From Candidatus Latescibacterota bacterium (GTDB lineage Bacteria > Latescibacterota > UBA2968 > UBA8231), in the NCBI GenBank assembly GCA_965221775.1, contig CBDCSU010000006.1:1-64000 (forward strand): a DNA stretch of 64,000 nucleotides, in the 5' to 3' direction. Position 1 is the first letter of the stretch. The number at the start of each line of letters is the position of its first letter. Both the position numbers and the translations under genes were made by a program. The notes under the pieces were generated by a model. It ran no database searches and was not told the origin of the DNA. It worked only from the letters and a program-made list of their open reading frames with translations. Positions 19,862 through 28,868 of this stretch are shown here, one piece after another.

Positions 19862-22800
19862 ATGGGCCTGACCCTGTTCCTCAGCCTGCTGGCCGCCGCC
19901 GGCACCTACCTGGCCACCCGCACTCCCACCGAGAGCGAGCTGGTCAGCTCCTTCCAGGAGGCCCAGCGGTTCTACGCCGAGGGCGCCTACGACCAGGCCA
20001 TCGACGAGTACACCGACGTCTCCCGCGTGCGCAGCCGGGTGCTGGCCGTCGAACAGGTGCAGGTGGTGGTGGGCGAGGAGAGCTTCCCCCTCCAGGAGGC
20101 CGCCGCCTACCAGATCGGGAACGCCTACTCCAAGCTCTACGAGGAGTACGACCGGTTCGCGGAAGAGGCGCGCAACGCCGCCCGAAGGGCCGAGTACCGC
20201 TCCCTGGCGGACACCTCCTTCGCCCGGGCCATCGCCGCCTTCCGCCGGGTCATCGCCAGCGGCGGCAACGAGGTCCTCACGGTGCAGGCCCACGGCCGCC
20301 TCATCGATCTCTACTTCAGCGCCGAGGCCTATCCCGACGTCATCATCGCTTCCCGCGAGATGACCGCCGCCCACTCCGACGACCCCCACGTCATCGTCGC
20401 CTACTACAACACCGGCTGGGCCTACTACGAGACCAAGCGGTTCGCCCGCGCCATCGAGTCCTTCCAGGCCCTGCTGTCCCGGTTCACCAGCGGCTACCGC
20501 GCCGACCGCAGCCTCTTCCAGATCGGCGAGTGCCACCGCGAGCGCGGCGAGTTCGAGGAAGCGATCGAGGCCTACCGCCGCCTCGTGGAACGCCAGCGCA
20601 TCGGCGAGCTGACCGACGAAGAGCTGCTGCAGATGAAGCGCGAGAAGCTCGCCGGCCTCGTCGACGAGACCGCCCTCGAGCTGGCGGCCAAGGCCGAGAT
20701 CCGGGTGGGCACCTGCTTCACCAGCCTCGGACGCTTCGACGAAGGGCTGGAGGCCTACCAGCGCGTGATCTCCCTCTTCAGCACCGAGCGCCAGCTGGTG
20801 GAGGAAGCCTACCTGCGCCTGGCCGACCTGCACCAGGCCCGGGGCGACGAGGACGCGGCCCTGCGCACCTACCGCGAGGCGATCGACGAGTCCCAGGACC
20901 GCACCCTGAGGGCGAGGATCCAGTACGCTCTCGCCGAGCGCCTCTTCGGCCAGGGGGACTACGAGCGGGCGATCCAGGAGTACCGCATCTACCTGCAGGG
21001 ATACGGCGACATCGCCCGGAGCGCCGGCTTCAGCGAGGGCCGGGTGCGCTACCGCGTGGGCAGCGGCTACCAGCAGCTGGCCCAGCCGCACCTGCAGTCG
21101 GGAGACGCGCCGGCGGCGGCCTCGTGGCTGGACCTCGCCATCGCCCAGTACGACACCCTGTGCGCCGATCCGGCTTCCCCCTACTTCCTCGACTCGCAGT
21201 TCAACCGCGCCGTCGCCTTCCAGGCCCTCGGCACGCCGGCGGCCATGGCCAGGGCCCGCGGCGAGTTCGAGGCGATCATCGATGCCGCCGGCGACGAGCT
21301 CTACGTGCAGCGGTCCCTCGGACAGCTCGCCGAGCTGCTCTTCGACTTCGGCGACTACCAGGGGGCGGTGGAGCGCAGCCGGCAGCTTCTGAGGCAGTTC
21401 CCCGGGACCGACTTCGCCGACGAGGCGCACATGCGCATCGGTCTGGCCCACCAGGCCTCCGAGCAACTGGAACCGGCGGTGGGAGCCTTCCTCCAGGTCG
21501 CCGCGGACTCCCCCTTCTTCGTCCGCAGCCGGACCGGCGCCGGCCACGTGCTGCTCGCCCAGCGGCGCTACGCCGACGCCATCCCCGTGCTCCTGGCGGG
21601 ACTGGCCCCGGCCGAGGACCCGGCCCAGCAGGGCAGCCTCCACTACCTGCTCGGGCAGGCCTACAACGGCGAGGCCGAGCACGCCCGGGCGGTCAACCAC
21701 TTCACCGAGGCCCTCGCCAGGCCCGCGACCCCCCGGCTGGTGGAGGCCCTGCGCCTCAACCGGGGCAGCGCCGCCCTGGCCGCCGGGGACCTCGCCCAGG
21801 GCGAGGAGGACCTGCTGTGGGTGGTGGCCAACGTGGCCGATCCCGACAAGGTGCGCTACGCCCAGGACGCCCTCGCCTTCTCCTACGTGAGGCGGGACCG
21901 GGGGACCGACGCGGTCCGGATCCTCGAGGAGATGGTGGCCGCCGCCCCCAGCGACGAGCAGCGCGCCGACCTGCTGAACCGCATGCTCGACCTCTACTAC
22001 GAGGAGGAGAGCTACCCCCAGACGATCGAGGCCGCCCGGCGCCTCATCGCCCTCGACTTCGACGACGCCGCCGTCGCCCGCGGCGGCTACGGCACCAAGG
22101 AGAAGGCCTACTACCTCCTCGGGGACGCCCTCATGCGGCTCAACCGCGGCTCGGAGGCGGTGCGCACCTTCCGCGAGGCCCTGCGCGCCCATCCGAACTC
22201 GCCCTTCGCCCTGGACATCCGCCTGACCCTGGGCGCCTTCCACTTCGCCGAGGGAGAGCTCGACGAGGCCAAGGCCCTCTTCCAGGACCTGTCGGGGGGC
22301 GACATGACTCCGGAGCAGGCCCTGCTCGTCTCCTTCTACCTGGCCAACACCCACTACAGCCTGAGGGAGTTCGAGGAGGCCCGCACCCTCTTCCAGCGAC
22401 TCCTGGCCGGCAATCCGGACGCCCGCGAGCTGCCGGACATCCTCTTCGGCGTGGCCGAGAGCAACTACCAGCTCGGCGCCTTCGACCGCGCCATCGGACA
22501 CTACCGGCGGCTCATCGACGAGTTCCCGGGAGAGACGACGGCCGACGATTCCCAGTACAACATGGCCTGGTGCCTCATCGAGCTGGACAGGCAGGACGAG
22601 GCCATGGCCAGCTTCCGCCGGCTTCTCGACCGCTTCCCCGGCAGCGAGTACGCCGCCTCGGCGCAGTTCACCTTCGGGGACCACGCCTACAACCTCGGCC
22701 GCTACCAGGAGGCGATGGAGGCCTACCTCCTCGTTCAGCAGCGCTATCCCGACGCCGAGATCACGGCGGAGGTGCCCCGGCTCGTGGCCGAGCTCAAGGA

Positions 22801-23110
22801 GGCGATCGCCTACGAGCGTTACGAGCGCGGGATCGCCCTGATGGACTCGGCCGAGGCCGGCGGACAGAGCGAGTACTACCAGCAGGCGATCGAGGTGTTC
22901 CAGGACGTCATCGCCAGGTACCCGGGCACGGAGAGCGAGATCGGCGCCCTGAGCAACATGGGCGTCTGCCTGGAGGAACTCGGCCGGTGGCAGGACGCCG
23001 TCGGGGCCTACGACCGGGTCATCGGCATGTTCGAGGAGGAGCGAGCCACCCGGGACGCCTTCCAGTTCGCCAAGGCCCACCGGGACTGGATCGTGAGCGC
23101 GCGGCTGTGA
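19862..23110 (+). CDS. Giant TPR protein (BamD/CpoB-like repeats) with N-terminal signal or anchor (1082 aa)
   Basis: ATG 2 bp after the upstream stop. Hydrophobic N-terminus. Repeats such as SQYNMAWCLIELDRQDEAMASFRRLLDRFPGSEYA. Confidence 0.88.
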   Translation: MGLTLFLSLLAAAGTYLATRTPTESELVSSFQEAQRFYAEGAYDQAIDEYTDVSRVRSRVLAVEQVQVVVGEESFPLQEAAAYQIGNAYSKLYEEYDRFAEEARNAARRAEYRSLADTSFARAIAAFRRVIASGGNEVLTVQAHGRLIDLYFSAEAYPDVIIASREMTAAHSDDPHVIVAYYNTGWAYYETKRFARAIESFQALLSRFTSGYRADRSLFQIGECHRERGEFEEAIEAYRRLVERQRIGELTDEELLQMKREKLAGLVDETALELAAKAEIRVGTCFTSLGRFDEGLEAYQRVISLFSTERQLVEEAYLRLADLHQARGDEDAALRTYREAIDESQDRTLRARIQYALAERLFGQGDYERAIQEYRIYLQGYGDIARSAGFSEGRVRYRVGSGYQQLAQPHLQSGDAPAAASWLDLAIAQYDTLCADPASPYFLDSQFNRAVAFQALGTPAAMARARGEFEAIIDAAGDELYVQRSLGQLAELLFDFGDYQGAVERSRQLLRQFPGTDFADEAHMRIGLAHQASEQLEPAVGAFLQVAADSPFFVRSRTGAGHVLLAQRRYADAIPVLLAGLAPAEDPAQQGSLHYLLGQAYNGEAEHARAVNHFTEALARPATPRLVEALRLNRGSAALAAGDLAQGEEDLLWVVANVADPDKVRYAQDALAFSYVRRDRGTDAVRILEEMVAAAPSDEQRADLLNRMLDLYYEEESYPQTIEAARRLIALDFDDAAVARGGYGTKEKAYYLLGDALMRLNRGSEAVRTFREALRAHPNSPFALDIRLTLGAFHFAEGELDEAKALFQDLSGGDMTPEQALLVSFYLANTHYSLREFEEARTLFQRLLAGNPDARELPDILFGVAESNYQLGAFDRAIGHYRRLIDEFPGETTADDSQYNMAWCLIELDRQDEAMASFRRLLDRFPGSEYAASAQFTFGDHAYNLGRYQEAMEAYLLVQQRYPDAEITAEVPRLVAELKEAIAYERYERGIALMDSAEAGGQSEYYQQAIEVFQDVIARYPGTESEIGALSNMGVCLEELGRWQDAVGAYDRVIGMFEEERATRDAFQFAKAHRDWIVSARL

Positions 23111-23134
23111 GCAACTCCCATTCGTGAGGTTCGC

Positions 23135-23692
23135 ATGGTTTCGATAGATTACCGCCGTCTCTTCCCGCTGGTCCTGGCAGCGACCCTGCTGACCGGCGAT
23201 CTGGCCCTGGGCCAGGCTCCGGAGGAGAGGTTCCAGGTACGCGAGCAATACGCCTCCAGGAAGCAGGCCGTCGCCCTCGCCGTGGCCTTTCCGGGTCTCG
23301 GTCACCTGGCCACGGGACACCGCGGGAAAGGCACGGCTCTCGTGGCCGCCGAGATCCTCGGCCTCGTGGTCTGGCTGACATCGCACGCCGACTACAAGAC
23401 CCAGTCCGAGCAGATCGACGTGGAGAAGGCGCTCTACCTGTCGATTCGCGAGGGCGGGACCTACGAGGGGGCGGAGGAGAGCTGGCAGCGCCTGAACAGG
23501 CTCAGGGAGGATGCCGACGGATCCCACCTGCGGCGGCGGCTCTTCGGGGTCATCGCCATCGGCGTCTACGGCTACAACCTCGTGGATGCCCTGCTCCTCG
23601 GGGGGCTGGAGCCGCCCGGCGGCGGCCGCGTCGGGCTGGTGCCGACGGCCACTCCGGAACGGACGGGCCTGGCCCTGGTGACCCGCTTCTGA
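23135..23692 (+). CDS. Hypothetical exported/membrane protein (DUF5683-like)
   Basis: GAGG RBS, signal peptide, AFPGLGHLATGHRGKG motif, C-terminal Phe. Confidence 0.65.
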   Translation: MVSIDYRRLFPLVLAATLLTGDLALGQAPEERFQVREQYASRKQAVALAVAFPGLGHLATGHRGKGTALVAAEILGLVVWLTSHADYKTQSEQIDVEKALYLSIREGGTYEGAEESWQRLNRLREDADGSHLRRRLFGVIAIGVYGYNLVDALLLGGLEPPGGGRVGLVPTATPERTGLALVTRF

Positions 23693-23717
23693 TGCCGGAA
23701 GGGAGAAGGGAGTCCTC

Positions 23718-24104
23718 ATGTTGAAGAGAGCGGGCGTGAGCATCGCCCTGGCGGGCGTCATCCTCGCCTGGGGGTGCAGCGACGACATCGAGCTGCCCAC
23801 GGCCTACCACGAAGGCCTCCTGCCGAGGCCCTCCGACGTGGCCGCCTCCGTGGAGGACGGCGCCATCCACGTATCCTGGGCGATCGCGTCCGAGGCCAAC
23901 GTGCAGGGCTTCGTCGTCGGCTTCACCGATTCCAGCGGCGCCGAGCACACCCGGTCGGTGGAGGACCCGGCGGCCAGGGCCCACTCGGAGCAGGAGCTGG
24001 ACGTCAGTCCGGGACTCTCGTACCTGGTCCGGGTGTGGGCCTTCGATGCCCGGGGCTTCTTCGGCCCCCGGTCCGTGGCCGACACCCTGGTGGTCCAGGA
24101 GTGA
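23718..24104 (+). CDS. Lipoprotein with fibronectin type III-like domain
   Basis: Lipobox LAWGC. PSDVAA..IHVSW...PGLSYLVRVWAFD..G.FGPRS. Confidence 0.8.
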   Translation: MLKRAGVSIALAGVILAWGCSDDIELPTAYHEGLLPRPSDVAASVEDGAIHVSWAIASEANVQGFVVGFTDSSGAEHTRSVEDPAARAHSEQELDVSPGLSYLVRVWAFDARGFFGPRSVADTLVVQE

Positions 24105-24139
24105 GGCTGGGGGAATGACCTTGGCGACCCCGCATCAAG

Positions 24140-25381
24140 GTGGTGAGCATGGCTGACTCGCGGCGCTTCAGCGCGCCCAGTGACGGCCTCGACCTGCAGC
24201 GCCTGTGGCGCGACACGGTCACCTACACCGCCCGCGGGCTCCTCATCGGCTTCGCCGTCGTGGCCGGCGTCCTGCTGTATCTCGTGCTGAGGGTGGAGGA
24301 GAGGGCGGCGCCGCCGCCGGCGGTGGCCCGCCTCATCATCCGCAAGCCCCGGTCGACCAAGTCCTTCACCCTCAAGCGCCAGCGCCTGCGCCCGCGGGCC
24401 CTGACCAAGCAGGTCACCGCCCTCACCCCCCGGCTCTCCCTGCCGTCGGCCCGCCGCCTGGCGGGGCCTTCGGTCTTCGGCACCGTGCAGACCTTCGACT
24501 ACGCCCCCGACACGGACGTGCAGATCAACCTCCAGTCCGGTCCCATCGAGCTCTCCGCCGCCACCATCCGGGGCACCAAGGAGCCGGGCAAGCGCATCGC
24601 CATGCGCGAGGAGCTGATCGACCTGAACGCCCTCGACACGGGCAAGTACAAGGGGCTCATCATCCAGGACCCGACGGACCGGCGCAACGTCAAGGGCTTC
24701 GTCTACCTGGGGACGGCCTGGGCCAACGACCTGGAGCCGACCTTCGACAGCGCCGCCCGCGCCATCCCCAACCTGGTGGACGCCCTCAATGCCCAGACGG
24801 GGATCACCGCCAAGGTGGACGCCCACCTCTTCCTCGACTCCCAGGAGCTGTTCCGCACACCCTTCGTGTACGTCACGGCCGAGGAGGCCTTCGAGCTGAC
24901 GGAGCGGGAGTTGCGCAACCTCGGGGAGTACCTGAGGCGGGGCGGGTTCATCTTCGTCGACAACGCCACCCCCCTCACCGAGTTCAGCCAGGGAGAGGCC
25001 TCCCTGCGGCGCATCTTCCGGGACGCCCTCGGGGCCGAGGGGCAGCTGCGGCCCATCTCCAACAACCACCCCATCTACCACACCTTCTACGACTTCGACG
25101 GCCCGCCGGTGGGCACGGAGATGGAGAACCCCACCTTCACCGAGCAGAGGGAGCGCGACTACCTCGTCTTCGCCCAGCAGACCTACTATCTCGAAGGGGT
25201 CTTCCTGGGCGACCGGCTCGTGGGCGTGTACTCCGACAAGGGGTACGTCCACATGTGGGCGCGAAACTTCGGCAACGAGCCCCAGTTGCGGTTCGGCATC
25301 AACGCCGTCGTCTTCGCCCTCACCCAGGAAGGCTCCATCGCCCAGCAACAGATCGACTTCTTCAGCCAGCGCACCCAGTGA
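24140..25381 (+). CDS. DUF4159 domain protein with N-terminal TM anchor and extended basic linker
   Basis: TM segment GLLIGFAVVAGVLLYLVL. PFVYVT..FELTERELRNLGEYLRRGGFIFVD, HPIY..FYDF, FGINAVVFALT. Confidence 0.85.
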   Translation: MVSMADSRRFSAPSDGLDLQRLWRDTVTYTARGLLIGFAVVAGVLLYLVLRVEERAAPPPAVARLIIRKPRSTKSFTLKRQRLRPRALTKQVTALTPRLSLPSARRLAGPSVFGTVQTFDYAPDTDVQINLQSGPIELSAATIRGTKEPGKRIAMREELIDLNALDTGKYKGLIIQDPTDRRNVKGFVYLGTAWANDLEPTFDSAARAIPNLVDALNAQTGITAKVDAHLFLDSQELFRTPFVYVTAEEAFELTERELRNLGEYLRRGGFIFVDNATPLTEFSQGEASLRRIFRDALGAEGQLRPISNNHPIYHTFYDFDGPPVGTEMENPTFTEQRERDYLVFAQQTYYLEGVFLGDRLVGVYSDKGYVHMWARNFGNEPQLRFGINAVVFALTQEGSIAQQQIDFFSQRTQ

Positions 25382-25395
25382 GAGAGAGGGTGGCC

Positions 25396-26175
25396 ATGCG
25401 TTCGACATTCCTTCTGCCGCTGCTGATCCTCGGCGGCTGCAGCCACTTCCAGCCCGAGACGATCCTCTACTCGAACGAGCTGGTGCCCAGTTCCCACCAG
25501 GCCGGCGAGGACCGCTACGCCGTCGACGAGGGCGGGTCGGTCACATACGTTCTGGAGGGGCTCCGCGTCCGGGTCGAACCGATGGAGGACGACGAGCTCA
25601 ACGCCATCTTCCCCGAGGAGTCGACCCGCGGCCAGTTCTCCACCAACCCCTACACCTACGGAAACTGGATCGACCCCCTCGTGGGGCACACGCCCAAGCG
25701 CTTCACCGTCTTCCGGGTCACGATCATCAACGACATCTACGCCAAGGTGCTCCTCGACCCGATCAAGGCGATGCTCTACACCGACCAGGGCGAGGTCCTG
25801 CATTCCTACGGCCTGCCGTCGGTCTCTCCCCACAACAGCTTCGAGCGCTACTACCGGGCCATTCGCGGGCAGAGCGGCAACGAGTTCTACCGCTTCGACC
25901 TGCGCATGGGGAACGTGCGCAGCACCGCCTATCTCGAGGACGTGAGGGTCTTCAAGGGCGAGAGCTACTCCGGACTGCTCGCCTTCAACCCTCTGAACGA
26001 AGAGGTCCGGCAGGTCCGGCTGACCCTGAGGGACTTCGTCACCAAGTTCGACGCCTCCGGTCAGCCCCTGGAGTCGGTGGACATCTCCATGGAGTTCGAC
26101 CAGGAGATCGACAGGAGAGTGGCGCCGCAGACCGCGGCGAGGCAGGTACCGCCGGGCGGTGGCCAGGCTCCGTAG
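25396..26175 (+). CDS. Hypothetical lipoprotein, paralogue of 49631..50416 (259 aa)
   Basis: Lipobox LGGC. Motifs STNPYTYG, RFTVF, KVLLDP, ERYYRA, GNEF. Confidence 0.8.
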   Translation: MRSTFLLPLLILGGCSHFQPETILYSNELVPSSHQAGEDRYAVDEGGSVTYVLEGLRVRVEPMEDDELNAIFPEESTRGQFSTNPYTYGNWIDPLVGHTPKRFTVFRVTIINDIYAKVLLDPIKAMLYTDQGEVLHSYGLPSVSPHNSFERYYRAIRGQSGNEFYRFDLRMGNVRSTAYLEDVRVFKGESYSGLLAFNPLNEEVRQVRLTLRDFVTKFDASGQPLESVDISMEFDQEIDRRVAPQTAARQVPPGGGQAP

Positions 26176-27085
26176 ATGGACCCCGGCGATCCTCCTCGCC
26201 TCGGCCCTCGGCCCGGCCGCCGACGAGGAGATCGCCCAGCCGCCGCCCTTGAGCATCGCCCTGCTCGACTTCGAGGATCGGGCCGGGTTTCAGGGCCGCT
26301 GGAAGCTGGCCCGGGACGTTCCCGAGTTCCTGGGCCGGTACCTGGACGGAGAAGACGCCTTTGACGTGGTGTCCGCAGAGCGAGTGGTCGAAGCCCAGGC
26401 CGACCCCGGCCTCTCGGGGCTGCAGGGCCGGGACCTGGCGGTGGCCGCCGGCCGCCTGCTGGAGGCCGACATCGTCATTCAGGGGGTCGTGGAGACCTTC
26501 GGGATGCGCCGGGTCACCGCGGGAGACCCGAACCTGGCGGGATACAAGTCCTACCACTCGAGAGTCCGCATCGGCGAGGTGGAGGTGATTCGCGTGGCCA
26601 CCGAACAGCTCCTGGGAACCGTCGAGGTGAGCCGCGACTCCACGGAGACGCCTCTCGGCCTCGACCTCTTCGGACGCCCGCGCCGGCAGGACCGCGAGTT
26701 CCGGGAGCTGTTCCACCTCGAGTTCGGTTCCGAGCGGTTCTACAAGCTGCCCCTGGGCATCGTGGCCGACGCCGCCTTCGAGGAGTTGCGCAGGCAGATC
26801 GGCGCCCTGCTGACGGAACGCCCGCCCATCGACCTGACGAGTGACAACGCCGTGGTCCTGGCGGTGGACGGGACAGAGGTGTTCCTCGGGATCGGACTCG
26901 AGGACAACGTCGAGTACGGAGACCTGCTGCCCCTCTACCAGGACAGCCTGCGAGTGGCCCTGGCGAGGGTGAGCGAGGTGATCGGCCCCCACCTGAGCAA
27001 GGCGGTGATCGTCGACGGCGCCGCCCGGGTCGAGGCGGGGTCCAGGATCGGGCAGCGCCTCTCGAGGACGGGAGTCGTGGAGTGA
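26159..27085 (+). CDS. Periplasmic CsgG/TolB-N-like protein with FlgT-C-like C-terminal domain
   Basis: Signal peptide. IALLDFED...FDVV...AGRLLEADIVIQG. C-terminal VLAVDGTEVFLGIG..DNV..GD...ARVSEV. Confidence 0.65.
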   Translation: MARLRRWTPAILLASALGPAADEEIAQPPPLSIALLDFEDRAGFQGRWKLARDVPEFLGRYLDGEDAFDVVSAERVVEAQADPGLSGLQGRDLAVAAGRLLEADIVIQGVVETFGMRRVTAGDPNLAGYKSYHSRVRIGEVEVIRVATEQLLGTVEVSRDSTETPLGLDLFGRPRRQDREFRELFHLEFGSERFYKLPLGIVADAAFEELRRQIGALLTERPPIDLTSDNAVVLAVDGTEVFLGIGLEDNVEYGDLLPLYQDSLRVALARVSEVIGPHLSKAVIVDGAARVEAGSRIGQRLSRTGVVE

Positions 27086-27141
27086 GGACCGCCTCGGAGC
27101 ATCAAACCTGAACTTCCAGAAGTTCACAAGGAGACGGACAG

Positions 27142-27885
27142 ATGTGGGAGGTCATTCAGAGCGGTGGACCCCTGATGGTTCCCCTGGCCGCTTGTGCCAT
27201 CCTGGCCATCGGCTATTCCATCGAGCGGTTCTGGGTCTTCAGCCAGCTGCCCTCGCACGGGGAGGCCCAGGAGAGCCTGGAACGCCTGGAGCACGCCCTG
27301 CGGGACGGCGGCACGGCCCAGGTCGTGGCGGAGTGCAACGAGGGCAGGGGGTTGCTGAACTTCGTGTTCGCCTCTCTCCTGCGGCGCTACGACACCCTGA
27401 GGATCGAGCAGCAGGAGTTCAAGGAGACCAACGAGGAGATCATGCGCCTGGCCCAGGCCGGCGGCGGCGGCGAGGTCAGCCGCTTCATGGTGATGCAGCG
27501 GGAGCTGACCGATCTCAAGGACGAGCTGGTCATCGAGACCGAGGAGTCCGCCCGGGCCTATCTCGGCAAGCACCTGCCGATCCTGAACACGATCGGCAAC
27601 ATCAGCCCCCTCATCGGACTCCTCGGCACGATCCTCGGCATGATCATCGCCTTCGAGTCGATCGCCGTGGCCGGCGCCGGTGATCCCAGGGTGGTGGCGG
27701 GAGGCATCTCCCAGGCGCTGGTGACGACGGCGTCGGGCCTGATCATCGCCATCCCGACGATCGTCTCCTACCGCTACCTGGCCCGCAGGGCCGACAAGAT
27801 GCTCGAGCACGTGGAGATGTACGGCCACGCCTTCTCCAACGCCCTGATCACCACCGGCCAGCGACAGGAGGCCGCCGGGCAGTAG
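27142..27885 (+). CDS. exbB: MotA/TolQ/ExbB proton channel family protein
   Basis: AAGGAG RBS. GGPLMVPL, ISPLIGLLGTILGMIIAF, GISQALVTTASGLIIAIP. Confidence 0.93.
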   Translation: MWEVIQSGGPLMVPLAACAILAIGYSIERFWVFSQLPSHGEAQESLERLEHALRDGGTAQVVAECNEGRGLLNFVFASLLRRYDTLRIEQQEFKETNEEIMRLAQAGGGGEVSRFMVMQRELTDLKDELVIETEESARAYLGKHLPILNTIGNISPLIGLLGTILGMIIAFESIAVAGAGDPRVVAGGISQALVTTASGLIIAIPTIVSYRYLARRADKMLEHVEMYGHAFSNALITTGQRQEAAGQ

Positions 27886-27903
27886 GCTCCCGGCGCGCGG
27901 ACC

Positions 27904-28317
27904 GTGGGCAGACATCGCAGACTGAAGGGTTTCGGCGAAGAGGGGGGGCCGGACCTCGCCCCTCTCATCGACTGCGTCTTCCTGCTGCTCATCTTCTTCA
28001 TGGTGACCACGGTCTTCCTGCACACCAAGGGGCTCGAGGTGGACATGCCCGCCAAGAGCGAGGCCACGGAGGAGCAGAAGAAGGACATCAACGTGGTCCT
28101 CGACCGCGAGGGCAGGATCCAGATCAAGGGAGAGGAAGTGGCCCCCCAGGAGCTGGGTGACCGCCTGGCGACGGCCATGGAAGAGGCCAACAACGAGAAC
28201 ATCATCATCCAGGCCGACGGCGACTGCCCCCAGGAGCACGTGGTCTTCGTCGTCGACACGGGCAAGAGTGTGGGAGTGGCGGGAATCGCCTTCGCCAGGG
28301 AGCAGGAGGAGGAATAG
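27904..28317 (+). CDS. exbD: ExbD/TolR family protein 1
   Basis: DLAPLIDCVFLLLIFFMVTT with the conserved TM Asp; IIIQAD. Confidence 0.93.
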   Translation: MGRHRRLKGFGEEGGPDLAPLIDCVFLLLIFFMVTTVFLHTKGLEVDMPAKSEATEEQKKDINVVLDREGRIQIKGEEVAPQELGDRLATAMEEANNENIIIQADGDCPQEHVVFVVDTGKSVGVAGIAFAREQEEE

Positions 28318-28727
28318 TGCCCAGACGCCGGTCCGTGTACGAGGAGGATGGCATGGACATGACGCCGCTCATCGACTGCGTCTTCCTCCTCCTGGTGTTC
28401 TTCATGGTCACCACCGTGTTCAAGCAGCCCTACAGTCTGCAGGTGGAGCTGCCCGAGGCGACGCAGGCCAAGGTGGTGGAGGAGAAGAAACTGGTGGCCT
28501 CCATCACCGCCGACGGCCGGATGGAGATCAACCGCCACCCCGTGACCCTGGAGAACCTCGAGCAGGTGCTCCTGCGCGAGAAGTCGGGCACCCACAGCCT
28601 GACCTTGGTGGTGCGCACCGACAAGAAGACCCGGCACCGGCACCTGCTGGACCTGTTCGAGGTGGCCAAGCGGGTCGGGATCGAGAAGATCCCCCTGGCC
28701 ACGGACGACCTCAAAGGGGACGACTGA
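28317..28727 (+). CDS. exbD: ExbD/TolR family protein 2
   Basis: TAGTG overlap. DMTPLIDCVFLLLVFFMVTT, VELPEA, VVRTDK. Confidence 0.93.
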   Translation: MPRRRSVYEEDGMDMTPLIDCVFLLLVFFMVTTVFKQPYSLQVELPEATQAKVVEEKKLVASITADGRMEINRHPVTLENLEQVLLREKSGTHSLTLVVRTDKKTRHRHLLDLFEVAKRVGIEKIPLATDDLKGDD

Positions 28728-28868
28728 CTCCCACGGGGACGGGGATTCCCGTCCGGCCTTCGGGTGCTCCAGCGTCCCCCCCCGGGCATCGACGGGCTCC
28801 TGGTCCGGATTCCCTTGCCAGGGCCACTTGACTCTGGTCATCTCAACATGCGCTGAGAAGGCTCCGCA

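Noticed and set aside
27142-28727. Flagellar motAB or Tol-Pal assignment
   Set aside because: The partners are short ExbD-type proteins without an OmpA-like domain, and there are no tolA/tolB/pal or flagellar genes. FlgD-like domains here are tails on secreted proteins.
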